Of a stretch of DNA of 64,000 nt, positions 13,450-27,200 are shown piece after piece. Within the stretch, counting starts at the first letter, position 1, and each line of letters begins with the position of its first letter. The notes beneath the pieces were generated by a model. The model was not told where the DNA came from. It ran no database searches and saw nothing but the letters and a program-made list of their open reading frames with translations. The stretch is from Pseudovirgaria hyperparasitica (Eukaryota), in NCBI GenBank assembly GCA_010093815.1, contig ML996585.1; one strand, written 5' to 3'. The position numbers and the translations under genes were made by a program.

Positions 13450-16400
13450 TTTTAGTTTCTCTTTATATAGCACGATAGTAGTTTATAGAAATAGCTCTAA
13501 CTACTTATTATAATACTCGTGGTACCGCCTCTTATAGTAGACCTTCTCCTAACCTAAACGAGAAGAATAGTCTATCTATAACTACCCCTACTAATAACTA
13601 TACCTTATAGACTATTATACTAATAACTCGTATAATATTCTATATAACTATAGAAGATATTATAGAATATAAGGATAGAGTCTATTATACTCTATCTTAG
13701 TCTAGTTTAAACTATACTAGACCTAACCTTAATATAAGGCTAGACCTTATTCATATTAATGAGTTAATCCGTTAGAATTATCTAATATTAACTATACCTT
13801 ATAATAATATATATACTAGACTACACGAAGAGAGATAACGATAGATTTAACTTAAGTAATAACTATATAAACTTAATAAAGCTTAAGAATATACTATAAG
13901 ACTTAAAGCTATATTACACGCTTTAGTTCTAGTAATAACTAATCTATATTTATATAGATCTATACTAACTAAAACGGTCTATTCTAGTCTACTACTATTC
14001 TAATTACCCCGATCTAAGAAACTACCTTACTTTAATAGTAAAAGTAGAAAGAGTTTCTATATATAGACTTATTAATATAGCCGATTCTTCTATCTATTTA
14101 TAAATAATAGTAATAAAATTATATTCGTCTAGAACTACCTTAATCTAACGTCTTTAGAACGTTAGATAGTATACTAAATTAAATATTCTAAGGATACCTA
14201 TAACTAGAATATATTTACTAAATTTCTTCTCTAATATTTTAGTAATAGAGCTAAATAATATAACTAGGCCTAGAGCTATATCTTTAAGACTCGATAACGA
14301 GATAATTAGTTACTATTATAACTTCTTAAATATCTTCGGTCTCTCTAGAGAGAAGCTAAAGAAGATTATATAATTTAATAATATAATAACTTTAAATAGT
14401 CTCTTACCCTAAATATAAAGAACTATCTTAACCTTATAATAATAATCTCTATAGATCTCTAAGCTCTTATAAACCTTATAGAGTAATACTAGTATATAAT
14501 AAATAATTAATACTACGCTAGTATATAACTATCTCTAATAATCTAATCTAATATAAAATTATCTAACTAGAACCAATTTAGTAATAGATCTTACGGGATA
14601 TTATAAGGCTACTACTATACTTCGAATTTAAAACCACGAGAATTATATTATAGGTCTCTCTATTAATTAATACCTTAAGATATAAGAACTAACTTATATA
14701 AACGACCTAAAGTCACTTACTATACCTATAGTAGAATAGAATATATAGTATCTAAGTACTACTTAGAAAAACTACTAAATACTAATATAACTAACTAATT
14801 AGTTATATATTACAAGTACTAGTAGCTAGAATATATCGTGTCTAACTATCTAGTATAGAATATAAAAAACTAATAGCCTATAAGAAGCCCTCGCGACTTA
14901 TAGGCGCGACTATATTAGAGAGATAACTAGTTAAATAGTATATTAAACTATAGGCTAGACCTATTAAGGTCCCTTATAGATAATATTAGACTATAATACT
15001 TAATAGTAGTTTAGCTACTAATATTATATTAACTTAATAAGTATAAGAACTTAGTATAAATATCTAAGCTCTAATAGATACTATATTCTATAGTATTAAT
15101 AGTCCTATTAAGTTATATAGTACCTATACTATTAAATATAGTATCTAGAATAGCGGAGAAAAATAGAAACCCTACTATTTAACCTTTATCATAGTAGATA
15201 GTCCCTTTAATATAATCCTAGATATACCATAGCTTAAGAAATATAACCTAAAACTAGACTTCCTTAAGAAAATAGCTAGCTAGCGTATAAACCTACCTTA
15301 ATAGAAACTAGTATAGCTTATTAATAATAAATAATTCTATAAAGATTATAAGAAGGTAATCGCTACTATCTACGTACTCTTACTTATCTAAAATAGTAAG
15401 CTTAGTATTAAAGTAGATGAAAACCTACTATATAAGTATAAAATATACTAATATATTATATTAGTAATTAATTCCTCTAAACTACCTTAATACTAATCTA
15501 CTAACCTTACTATTAATCTCGAAGATAGCTAGTAACCTCTATATAGACCTATCTACTCTCTTTCGGAATCTAAATTATAAGTCCTTTAAGAATATATTAA
15601 AAAGAACCTTATATAAGAATAGATTAGGCCTAGTATATCTCTAGCTAGAGCTCTAATCCTCTTTATAAAGAAGAAGAATAGGAGCCTCTATCTATATATT
15701 AACTACTATAGTCTAAATAATATTATATAAAAGAATTATTATCTACTATCTCTTATCTCTAAGTCTATTAATAGACTAGAATACGTAAAGATCTTTACTA
15801 AGCTTAATCTACGTAATACCTACTATCGTCTTTATATTAAGAAGGGTAATAAATAGAAAATGGCTTTTAGGATCTATTATAGATACTTTAAGTATACTAT
15901 AGTCCCTTTTAGACTAACTAATATACTAGGTACCTTCTAAGTATATATTAATAACGTGCTAGTAGATCTACTTAATATAATATATATCGTGTACCTAGAT
16001 AATATTCTTATCTTCTTAGATAATAAGGAGAAGTATATCTAGTATATATATATAGTTCTAGATAGACTAGAAAAGTATAAGCTATATATTAAGCTATCTA
16101 AATATAAGTTCTATTAGAACTATATTAACTTCCTTAGCTTTATTATTACTAACTAAGATATAACTATAGAGAGAGATAGGGTTACTACTATTATAGAATA
16201 GTCTAAACTAAAATCTATCTAAGATATACGTGTCTTTATTAGCTTTACTAACTACTATTAAAAATTTATTAAATACTTCTTCTATTTAGCCGTACTACTT
16301 AATATATATACTACTACTATTAATTTATCTATTATACTCTATAGTAGATAGAAATAGTATAATATTAAGTTATAACCTATTAAATTAATAGAGGTTAAAA

Positions 16401-16518
16401 GAATATCCTTTAAGAAAATTAAAGAGACATTTATAACCGCCCTATTACTAGTATACTTTAACCTAACTAAACCTATTTATATTAAAACTAATATATTAGA
16501 ATTTATAATCTTAGATAT

Positions 16519-16720
16519 TATTATAGACTTCGGCTTTACCTTGTCTCTAGCATTACATGACGGAGCCGGGACGGATAGAGACTAGTATAGGGGTATCACG
16601 TAACCTTACTTAAGACTATACTTAAAGCTATAACCATACGGCTTATCCCTACTCTCTCTATGTTAAATTATAATATATCTTAATTACTATTATAGTAACA
16701 CCTTAGTTATATCCATTATA
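16519..16720 (+). repeat. 5' LTR of E
   Basis: Direct repeat of 24156-24357. Confidence 0.95.
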
Positions 16721-16819
16721 TTAATTTAACTTTAATTATCTCTTTCTATACGTGGCCTTATAGTATAAGATAGTCTTAATCTATAAGACTCTAATCTAAT
16801 ATAGTAACTCTCTAACTCC

Positions 16820-19800
16820 TTCCTTAGCTTTCGGGACGAGATATAGTCCATCCACGAGTCTATTACGGCCGTCTAAGCGGTAAGCGAGTCTCGGATATCT
16901 AATATCAACTATAGCGTCTATACGGCTCTATAACGTATTAACGCCCACCTCCTTACGGTCGAGTTATATAGCCGTACTCCTATAACCTTAACTTATAGCG
17001 ACTCGTCCCTACCCTAGCCCGACTCCTCCCCGGTAGCGCCCTAACGCCTATATAGGCCCGAACTAGCCTTTCCTACACGCGCTCCCGCCTTACTACTTCC
17101 TACGCCGTATATTATACTTAACTAGGCTCCTAAGAGGAAGTCCCTCCCCCTTAGCGACCCGTATAACGGGTCTAAGGCTCTCTTCTATATATAGTCCGTT
17201 ATAATATAGTATAAGATTACCTAGGACGCCGACTTTATCGGTATCTATAGAGACTAAATAGCCCTTATTTAGGCTAATCTAGCGCCTAAGGTATAGAGGG
17301 GGGTTAGCGCCGTATATTCTACTAGAGGGCTAAACGGCGACTAGAACCCGTACGCGTTCTTAGACTACCTTAAATTCTAGTTCGAAGATACACATGCTAA
17401 AGAGCGGGCCCTCTAGCGGTTAAATATAATTATATAAAAGGTAAAGAAGCCGTTCACGGAGTACTTCGTGCGGTTCTATACCGCCCTCTAGGAGGCTAGA
17501 GGAATATACTAGGCTAATAACTAGAAGCTTATACGGCTCCGGGACGGCCTTAACTAGGAGATCTAGGCGGTAGCCCTAAACCGGGGCCTCCTAGACTAGT
17601 ACGAGGCCGCTATAGGCCGCCTTAGAGATATTAGTATAGATATAGAGTTATTCTAGCTCCGCACTAGGTAAAGCGCCGCACCTTAAAATAGATCTAGTAA
17701 GGATAAGGACGGCGACACGATAATGTCGGCGGTTACTATTAAGGCCGTTAAGATAAAGGGTAAGGAGCGAGCTACGTTACTAATAGTAAAGGGTAGAGAT
17801 AGGGTTAAGAAGAAAGAGACTTCTTTATAGATTCTAAAGGACTTATTCTAGGAGCGCCGCACGGCGGGCGTATATATCTAGTACGGCTAGGCTAGCTACT
17901 AACACCGGGGCTATCTAAACGCTATTAATATACGAGCGCTTAAGGTTACGGCCCTAGCTTAGAATAATACTAATTCCGACTCTAAGGCGGGGGAAGTATA
18001 GCCCTCTACTAAAGCCCGGGTTAGAGAACATTATTATATTTAGTAAGGAACGAAGCTATAGGTGACCCGGATAACGGCTCCGACCTAGAGAATAGCGCGC
18101 CCGCTCGGGTTATAGATAGACCCCTACCCGTTATATTACTATTCCTCTAGAATAGAAAGTATATAGACGCCTTAGTAGATATAGGGTGCGAGTATTTCAT
18201 GGTAGTTAGCCCGGCCCTTATAGCGGACGTAGCTAAGTCGTGTATCTTAGTTCTACGTTATTAAGTAGCTCTCGCCGCTAATAGAGCGTTAGAACCGGAG
18301 ATTATAGAAGTTATTACTATCTAGTATAATATTACGGGGTGGCGATAACACCTTACCGCCTATATAGTACCTAGGCTAGACCGGGACCTTATCCTCGGGA
18401 GCCCGTAGCTCTACTAGGCCGGCGCCGTTATCGATATACGTATAGGTAAAATCACGCTTTACCGCGCCCACGGCCTTATAGCCCGGGATATTAATATCTA
18501 TAGGCGCCTAATAAGTATCTAGATCCTTACCAAGAAGGGCCGTATTCTTAGGGGTCTAGAGACGGCTTACCGCCGTAGGTAAGTAGTCGCTACTAGTATC
18601 CGTAACGTCACCCGTCTCCTATAACTTATACTCCTCTAGTTACCTCCGGTATCCGACTAGGACACGACTAAGCTTATAGAGAATAGGCGCCCGCTCCCGT
18701 TAACGCTATACGTCTACCGTAATCTCTTTAATAAGAAAAAGGCGTTAGCGCTGCCTCCCTATAGAGGGAATACTAACTACTATATCCGCATTAAGTCTAT
18801 ACTAGTAGGAACCCCTATAAACCTCCCCTAGGGACCCCTCTATACTATATCTTAGGAATAACTCGTAGAGCTCCGCCGCTAGCTTACGGATCTTATAGAT
18901 AAGGGATAGATATAGGCTAGCTCCTTAGCGGCTAGGGCGCTAGTACTCCTTATCCCTAAGCCGGAAGGGAAGTAGTAGCTATATATTAACTATAGGGCCC
19001 TTAATAGTATTACCGAATAGGATTAATACCCGCTACTACTTATACACGAGACCCTATATACTATTAGTAATATATCGTGGTTTAGTAAGGTGGATATCCG
19101 GGCGGTATTTTATAAACTATAGGTCGCCGCCGGGGACGAATATAAGACGGCCTTCCGTACCCGGTTCGGCCTCTTTAAATAGATAGTTCTCCCTTTCGGT
19201 CTCTCCGGCGCCTCTATCTTCTTCTAGCGCTATATTAATAGGGTACTAAGTGGGGTCCTTAGGGTTATCTATATAGCGTATCTCGATAATATCCTTATAT
19301 ATACCCTAGGCACGTTAGAAGACTACTAGGCCGCCGTAAAAACTATTCTATCTCTCCTTATAAAGGCGGACCTTTACTATAACCTTACTAAATACTATTT
19401 CGCTACTAAGGAGGTCCGGTACCTAGGTTACGTTATTACCGCTAGGGAGTTAATCTACTCTAACCCGGAGAAGATTACCACTATCCGGGACTAGGAGCCC
19501 CCGACCACGGTCCGGGGCGTCTAGTAGTTTATTAGATTCGTAAACTTCTACTATAACTTTCTCTCTAACTTCTCTACTATAGTAGCCCTACTCTACGCCC
19601 TTACTAAGGCCGAGACGGCCTTCTACTAGGGCCTAGCTAAGGACCGCGCGTTTAATACGCTAAAGAATACTTTTATTACCGGGCTAATCCTCTAGTTCTA
19701 GGACGAGGTACGTAATATAATAGTTAAGGTAGATTACTCTAGACATGTAACGGGTGGATATCTATCCTAAAAGGTTCGGGGTATTTAGTACCCGGTAGCC

Positions 19801-21750
19801 TACTATTCCGCGGCCCTTATAGCCGCTTAGTAGAACTATATAATCTATAATAAGGAGCTCCTTATAGTAGTTTAGTATCTCTAGGCGTAGGAGCCTAAGC
19901 TCCGAAGCGTCTACCGCCCCTTTATAGTCTATATAGACTATAAAAACCTCGAGTACTTTACTAAGTCTTACCTTCTTATCCTACGGTAGTAACGATAGTC
20001 TAACTAGCTTATACTATTTAACTATAACCTCGTATACCGGCCGGGATCCTAGGCGGCCCGCCCGGATACCCTAAGCCGCTATAACTAGAACTTATCTAAA
20101 AAGTCCCTCCTAAGGGGACGGCTTATAACCCTATAGGCCATTAGAATGGTACTAGTAAGCACCCGCTCTAGGGAGTCCTATCTCCCCTAGGGACGAAGTA
20201 TCTTTACCGACCCCTACCTCTAGGAGCTCTAGGACTAGGCTATTCGGTTAGTCCCGGTATACTAGGCCTACTATAGGGCCGTAGTAGACGGGATACGCCT
20301 CTTTCTACCGGAGGCGCTTACTACTAAATAGATTATAGACTACGCTATATTAGTATATAGAATACTAATATAGCGGGGGGTTATTTAGATGCCCGAGTAG
20401 AAACCCCTTACTATAACTATTATCTAGAAGTCCTATACCTCCCCCCTTGCGGGCTATTCTAGTAAGAATAAGACTTATATAGCTATTTAGCGGGAGTACT
20501 ACTAGGAGCGGATATAGACTAATATCTAGTAGTTCGTGTAAAACTATAACTACTATAGGGCCTACGTAAACCGATATAAGGCCCCTAGCCTTCTCTAGCC
20601 TCTTCCGACGCTAGACTAGTTCTAGTCCTAAATTTCTATAGATTTTATAACCGACCTCCTCTAATTAGACCCGTCCCGGCCCTAATATCTTCTTATTATT
20701 ACGGACCGGCTTTTAAAGTTTATTTAGCTAGAGGTAATAACCTCTATAGTAGCTAAGGACTATACTACGCGGTTCTATAATATATAGTAGCGTTTCCGGG
20801 GGTTCCTCTAGTTAATAATCACGGACCGGGGCTCGGACTAGCTTAGGTAGTTCTAGATAACCCTCTACTCTATAATAGGTATATACTAGAACCTCTCTAT
20901 AGCCTACCACCCGTAGACGGACGGTAGTACTAAGTATATAAACTAGAAGGTATAGGCCGTACTACGCGTTATAGTAACTTTCGAGTAAACCAACTAGCTA
21001 GAATATCTCCTGGTATATTAGCTCGCCCTTAATAACCGTACCTTATTAGTAACCGGTATAGCGCTAAACTTACTCCTAAACGGATACTACGTTAAACTAT
21101 TACCACGGTAGCTACTCCCTAACGCCTCTACGACCTTAGTAAAAGGTTAGACTATGAATTTCCTTAAATACCTTTAGGACGGCACTACCTTAGCTTAAGT
21201 AGCTATTACCTAGGCCGAGTAGCGCTTCTAAGACTCGGTAAACCGGTTACGACGCCCGGCTAAGCGTTTTAAGATTAGCGATATAGTATAGTTCTCTCTC
21301 TAGAACGTAAAGACTAACCATCTAAGCCGGAAGCTTAACTAGCTATAGGTAAAATACCGGGTTATAGCCTAATCTACCCCCTTAATAGTAACGCTTGACC
21401 TCCCTAGAGACCTTTATAAAATAGTCTATATAAGCCTTATTAAGCGCGCTATAGAGGACCCCCTACCTAGCTAAGAGCGGCTTAATACCCGCCCGGGCCC
21501 GGCGCTTAAGCTTAATAAAGTAGATAAGGACGTCGCGGAGTACGAGGTTAAGGACATTCTATATATAAAAAATATATAGGGGTGGAATAAGTGATAGGTG
21601 CTCGTAAAGTAGAAAGGTTAGTTATAACTAATATAGGTTCTACTTAAGGACGTAGAAGATACTAAGGCGCTAGACTAGTTCGAGTCTAGATATGGCGACG
21701 CTTAATTATATAACGGCCTACGACTCTAACGCATCCCTAAGTAGTAATAT
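16820..21750 (+). pseudogene. E gag and pol (PR-RT-RH-IN-chromodomain), RIP-inactivated
   Basis: CCHC ~17870-17915; ALVD.GCE ~18170; AYLD(D)IL ~19280; YHP.TDG ~20905; chromodomain YEV..IL...VLVK(W)KG ~21541-21650. Confidence 0.92.
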
Positions 21751-21894
21751 TACTCTACTATTATAGGCCTATAGTAGCCCTAATAACCTAATATAAGAGT
21801 AGAGATTTTAGAAAAGAAAGAAATGAATACCAAACGCTAGTACCTAGTATAATCTAATAATAAACTAATACCCGCCTTAAGATATAAAAAGGTT

Positions 21895-23437
21895 ATTTAC
21901 CTAGCCCTACCCTAGGTTTATATGGCGCCGGAGCCGGTGCTATCCTTATCCGTAAATCCTAATATAAGGTTAGTTATCTAGTCCTCCCCTAGGCCGTCTC
22001 CTAATAATAGTAGCGGCTATTAATCTAGGCGGGTAGTAAGGGCGAGTCGTACTCGTCCGTAGGAGGGTTATAGCGGGAGTAGGCCAGCGACCGATAGTAG
22101 TATAACGCTTAATAATCCTCGCGGGAATGGTACCGACGGCTACCCGAGTAATAGTAATAGTTATATAACCGGTTATAATAGTTATATAACTAGTTATAAC
22201 GGTAGGGAGACTAATTATAGTAGGCGGGGGACCGGCTATAACACTCGTAGAACCGGGAGTGGTTACGGTAGTAAGGAGGGGTCTAGAGCTAATAATAAGA
22301 TAGCGAGGACTTATAAGGAGGGGCGGCGATAGAGAGCCGGGGGGGCCTAATAGGGCGATAGCGAGAGCTCCGAGTTAGCGACTCTCTATAGCCTACGGGC
22401 CGGGGTCGGCGCGAGTGGCTACTACCTAATAAGGGCTCCTTATCCTCTATAACTACCTAAGTAATAAGACGGCGAGATAGTAGCTCCGCTAGACGGGCCA
22501 ACCCGGACACGATTTACTATATAGTGCCCTACGTCACGCGTTAGAATAGGTATTTAGGCTTATAAAGCTTATATATCTATAAGGTACCGATACTAGTGCG
22601 TAGCTTACCTATCTAGGCCTCGTTATAGGATATATACTAATTTATCTAGTGAATTACGCTACTAATCTAGCCACGGTTACTACTACCGCGATACGGTAGC
22701 TTAAACAACGTTATAGCGCTATAATAAGGCGTTATAGAAGCCTAACTAATAATACTAGCGTTACGTCGCGCGATATAGATAATCTCTAAGTTAGACTTAT
22801 AGTCCTTATATAGGTAGTAGAACTTAGAGTTTATACGCGGCTACTTACCGGACGAAGGCTTTATCGGGTCTAGGCTACGACTACTACGGTCCATTATATA
22901 GCTAAAGTTATTATTAACCGACTCGTGCATAAACTTTTTAAGATAACTCTACGCCTTACGTAAGGCCGGGTATATAGCGAGCTCCTTAGTATTCTATAAG
23001 TAGATCCCCTTCGACGTGTAGTACTTTATATAGTTAGTACCGTGGCTAGGCTTATAGCTATACTCTAGGATTAGTAGGCGCCGCCACGGCGTAGAGACGG
23101 TATATACCTAAGTACCCTAGTTTTCTCTAGGGCCTTTATATATATATAATATATAAAGTACACGGACTCGGTACGCTCGTCTTCTAACGAGTTACCCTCT
23201 ATAATATATAGCCCTATATAGTAAATAGACTTAGTCTATTAGAGTACGGTAGGAGGAATAGTCTATCTAGTTAGTATAAGGAACGGTATAGGGATAGGAC
23301 CTACTCACGGTGCGATCGGCTAGTTCCTAGTGCCTAGGCGCGCGACGATTATTAGGGTCTTAACCTCTAGTACCTATAGCTACCGCCGAGATAGCGCCGG
23401 CTTCTATAATAGGACTATTTAGGCCTAGAGCGCTTAT
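21895..23437 (-). pseudogene. E antisense spliced accessory gene (Zn-cluster-like N-terminal part, Pro-rich C-terminal part)
   Basis: GT...CTAAC...AG introns at 23263-23308, 22786-22848 and 22529-22608. De-RIPped C-x2-C at 23140-23151 and C-x2-C-x6-C-L-Q at 22994-23032. One junction near 23060-23115 is unresolved. Confidence 0.7.
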
Positions 23438-23598
23438 AATAATAGTATAGAAGCTACGAGGTGGTATACGAGTTTACTAATATCGTAGTAGCTACTACGC
23501 GGTATCGAGATAGTAGGTATAAGGGTAGTTAAGAAAGAAGAAAGTTGCTAGGCGTAGAATCTATATACTTACGTTAGGGAAAATCGTATAGACCGGGG

Positions 23599-24020
23599 TA
23601 GAGCCGGTCCTAAAATAGATAATAATAATAATAAACGCGGGTCGTGCGTAAGCTACTCTACTACTACTATATAACCCCTAGCCTAGAGAGTAGCCGGTCC
23701 TAAAACGGATAATAATAAAATAGGACGCGCGGTTCGTGCGTAGGCTACTCTACCTTTATATAACCTAACGCGGTACGCCGTAATATAAGAAGTCTACCTC
23801 CGCTACGTGACCGCCATAACGTAACTATAAGATTCTACTACCTTATAATTATATAATCTACGACGCCATAATATAAGGAATCTACCTCCGCTATATAACC
23901 GCTAGAATATAACTATAATATACTACTACGGTGCGACCTAATAACCTATAACGCCGTAGTATAAAGAACCTACCTCTACCACGTAACCGCTAGGACGCTA
24001 CTATAAAAAGCTACTACCTT
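23599..24020. repeat. Degenerate ~88-90 bp tandem repeats in the E 3' region
   Basis: Two copies of GCCGGTCCTAAAA...GCTACTCTAC (~23600, ~23690) and three copies of CGCC.TA.TATAA...CTACCTC...ACCGC (~23777, ~23863, ~23952). Confidence 0.8.
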
Positions 24021-24155
24021 ACTAGAAGGAATATATAGCCCTATAGTTATTATATAGTACGATATAAAGACCGTAAACCTAAGATCTAACCGAGCCGGTT
24101 ATTATTATATAAAATACTAAGCCGGTCCCTAGGACGATCCTAGAGAATAAGGGTA

Positions 24156-24357
24156 TATTATAGACTTTAGCTTTACCTTATCTCTAGTATTATATAACGG
24201 AGCCGGGACGGATAGAGACTAGTATAGGGATATTACGTGACCTCGCTTAAGACTATACTTAAAGCTATAACTATACGGCTTATCCCTACTCTCTCTAAGT
24301 TAAATTATAATATATCTTAATTACCATTATAGTAACACCTTAGTTATATCCATTATA
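24156..24357 (+). repeat. 3' LTR of E
   Basis: Direct repeat of 16519-16720. Confidence 0.95.
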
Positions 24358-24843
24358 GATATACTCTTCTAGTCTAGACTAATAGAGTCTAAAAAGGTCT
24401 AATAGTATCTAGTTACGTTCTTCTTATGTAAGATAGCCGACGTTAAGACTAGATATACTATTTATAACTAAGAGCTACTAGTAATAGTAGAGTTATTTAA
24501 GTAGTAGTAATATTATCTTAAAGATACTATATATAATATTAAGTTACTAACTAATTACTATAACTTAAAGGGGTTTATAAGTATAATAGTTTTAAATTAT
24601 TAATAGATTTAATAGACTAAGTAGCTTATAAATTTCTACTTTATAATCTACTATTAATCTAGAAGTATAAACCTAGCTAATAGAATATTAAGAAGATCTA
24701 ACTATAAAGAAGGCGCCTAGAATTATAGTAGCTATAGGGTTCTAGAGTAGCTATAGACCTAACTCTTAAGGATAGGGTTAGATAATAAGTTATCTAATAA
24801 TTAGTAAGATACTAATACTAATACTAGTAATTAAATTTATAAG

Positions 24844-24917
24844 TATAACGATTATAGACGTAGAATAGTAGTCTAATAGGTTATAGAAGAATTTAGAAAT
24901 ATATTTAAAAGGGTAGT
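24844..24917 (-). repeat. 74-bp terminal fragment of a family C LTR (C3), inserted in C1 and abutting C2
   Basis: Duplicates 24918-24991. C1 homology stops exactly at 24843 relative to C2. Confidence 0.85.
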
Positions 24918-25157
24918 TATAAGGATTATAGACGTAGAATAGTAGTCTAATAGGTTATAGGAGGATTCGGGAATATATTTAAAAGGGTAGTCTACTCTCT
25001 TAATAAGGTTAATTCCTAAAGAGTAGGAATTAAGTATATACGGCCTACTTATATAGTAGTCTCGCTTATTCTAGCTGGCTTACCCTAGGTCCACCTATTA
25101 CGGACTATACTAGACTATAGTATTCTAGTTAAGTCTATTCTAGTATTAGCCCTAATA
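24918..25157 (-). repeat. 3' LTR of C2
   Basis: Direct repeat of 32689-32928. Confidence 0.94.
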
Positions 25158-25644
25158 GTATCCTTCTTCTTTTTATGCTTCGCCCCGAAGTACTTAGCTA
25201 TATATAAATCCGTAATTCTATAAGCGTTATGTTTATACGCGCATCTAATTAAATCTATATAACGTTATTAATAGTCTTTATATCGGTAAACTTAAGCTCT
25301 AGTTTACTTTTATTTATACACGCGCTTATCTCTTACTTTATAGCTACTGCCTTAGAGGTAGCTCCGTGGGTTATATGACCGCTATATTAACTAAGCTTAT
25401 ATTTAGTTCTCTTATTCTAAATTTTCTTCTCTAGTATATCTACCTTACTCGTAAGGTAAGTCGTTAATTCGTATACTATCTTCTTTAGTTTAGATCTATT
25501 CGGGTCTAGAGTAGTCTATTTTTATTAGAGCTGGTCCTATATAATCTATTCGCGTTATTACGGTTACTAATTTAGCTTCTTTAATCGCCTTTAAGGCTAA
25601 ACAAGTATTCTACTCTTAGATCTCTAGCTAACGTGTGTATATAG

Positions 25645-26949
25645 ATATCTAATACTAGTTCTATTCCTAAGTCTACCTTCTCCTCTCGCAAGACTCGCTC
25701 TAAAGAGATTATCTCTACCCCGGCTATACCGGCTAAAAAATCCACTTATTATAGTAGTATAAAGGCGCGCTCTAAGTTAGAGAAGAAGGTAGCTAAGGCT
25801 ACTACTACTATTACCACTAACGTGGCCACTAGTCGCTCTAATCTAGGTAATCCTAGTACTAGTATTGCGGAAGAGGTAGCTATAAAGCCTATCTATACCT
25901 ACTCGCGCCGTCTATCTACTCTACCTCCTTTAGAGGATAAAGAAGATCTTATCGTAGATAATAATCGAGAGTTTACGCCTTTACCGCCTCGCTCTAAACG
26001 CCGTTCCTCTTTTCGGTCTAATATAGACTAACTTAGTTACTCTAGGTCCTTTTAGGACCTTAATATTTACTCTAAACCTAGCTCTAGTAATAATAAGGTC
26101 TAGGTCGCTAAAGATACTAAACGTAGTCGCGGTTTACGCTATAGAAAAACGGCGAACTACGGTTTAATATACTTTAAGTATATTAAGGCTTACGCCACCG
26201 GCTCTAAATATCTCTTCCGCTCTAACTCTAGTATTAGCTACTACTCTACTAACCGCGATAGGTCTATATACCTAATCTTTAAGCTCCCTACCCGCTACCG
26301 CCGCTATACCGTCCTCGGTAAAGTTTATCTTTAGATAAGTCTATTAGACTATTTTAGTCTAGGGTAATCTAAAGTCGTCTATACTAATACGTTTTTAGGT
26401 TCCTATTTATATATAAGATATATATAACGATCTTCGCGTCCGCGAGACTCTCGGTAGTTCTAGTAGTTATCTAGCTTCTATGCGTAGGGAGTTTAGAGAG
26501 CGCTATAAGCTCTTTCTAGAGGTTATTAAAGTATAAGTTTAGAAACCGTTAATTATTATTAACCTTAGCTTATAATTTTTAGTCGCCGCGAGATTTCTAG
26601 CGCTTAGACTACCTATTCTAGGGAGTCGGTTTTAGCTACTAAGGCCGTAGAAGAGATTCGTACTATTCCTTCCCGCCCACCTCATACTACTAACAGATCT
26701 TATAAGAGATCTACTAGTTCTCCTTCTAAGTCACCTTATAAGAGGGTATATATTCTATTCTAGATTATTCTAGACCGTGTTAGCTAACTTTAGGTCTAGT
26801 CGCTCCGCTCTAGCGCTTAGTCGTTATCTTACTAGACTCTAACCGAGCGCGTGGTTACTCTAGAGGATAAGGTCTCTAACCTCCGTCGCTCTATTACTTA
26901 GTTAGTTCGGTTACTACGCTCTAAGAGTAATAATAAGATAGAGGAGTAG
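25645..26949 (+). pseudogene. C2 antisense spliced accessory gene (Zn-cluster-like domain plus C-terminal coiled-coil-like segment)
   Basis: The frame from ATA (RIPped ATG) at 25645 includes track ORF 25822-26031. De-RIPped CFECIKA (26170) ... C-x8-CRRC-x6-C-L-Q (to 26334). Putative intron 26335-26398, then VP. Ends ...ERVV.LED.VS.LRRSI..LVRLL. Confidence 0.72.
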
Positions 26950-27200
26950 CTCTATGGCTCTGTTTGCTAGGGTTTCTATATAGTGTGTATTAGCTCTATC
27001 TACCTGGTTTCTATCCGTTTTAGTCCTTTTTAGACCGTTTAGATACCTATCTACTAGTTTTCTAGTAATTTAATTCTTAACTTAATGATATTATATACGT
27101 TCTTATTTATTCTATAACTATTAAATTTTAGGTTCTAATTTCCTTTAAGTTACTTAAGTGTAGGTATTATATATAAATTAGTTTATCTCTCTAAATTATA

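Larger units (their letters stand above)
16519..24357 (+). mobile_element. Gypsy chromovirus family E, full length, inserted in the C1 RNase H
   Basis: 202-bp LTRs 16519-16720 and 24156-24357; TSD GATAT at 16514-16518 and 24358-24362; PPT before 24156. The empty site is visible in C2 near 29620. Confidence 0.96.
13210..24843 (+). mobile_element. Gypsy chromovirus family C, copy C1 (5' LTR, gag, PR, RT, RNase H; contains E; truncated at 24843)
   Basis: LTR 13210-13449; two CCHC knuckles at ~14715-14850; protease motif ~14995; VYLD(D)IL ~15990. Colinear with the reverse complement of C2. Confidence 0.93.

Noticed and set aside
25822..26031. 69-aa ORF as a standalone host gene
   Set aside because: It is an inter-stop fragment of the longer C2 antisense pseudogene frame.
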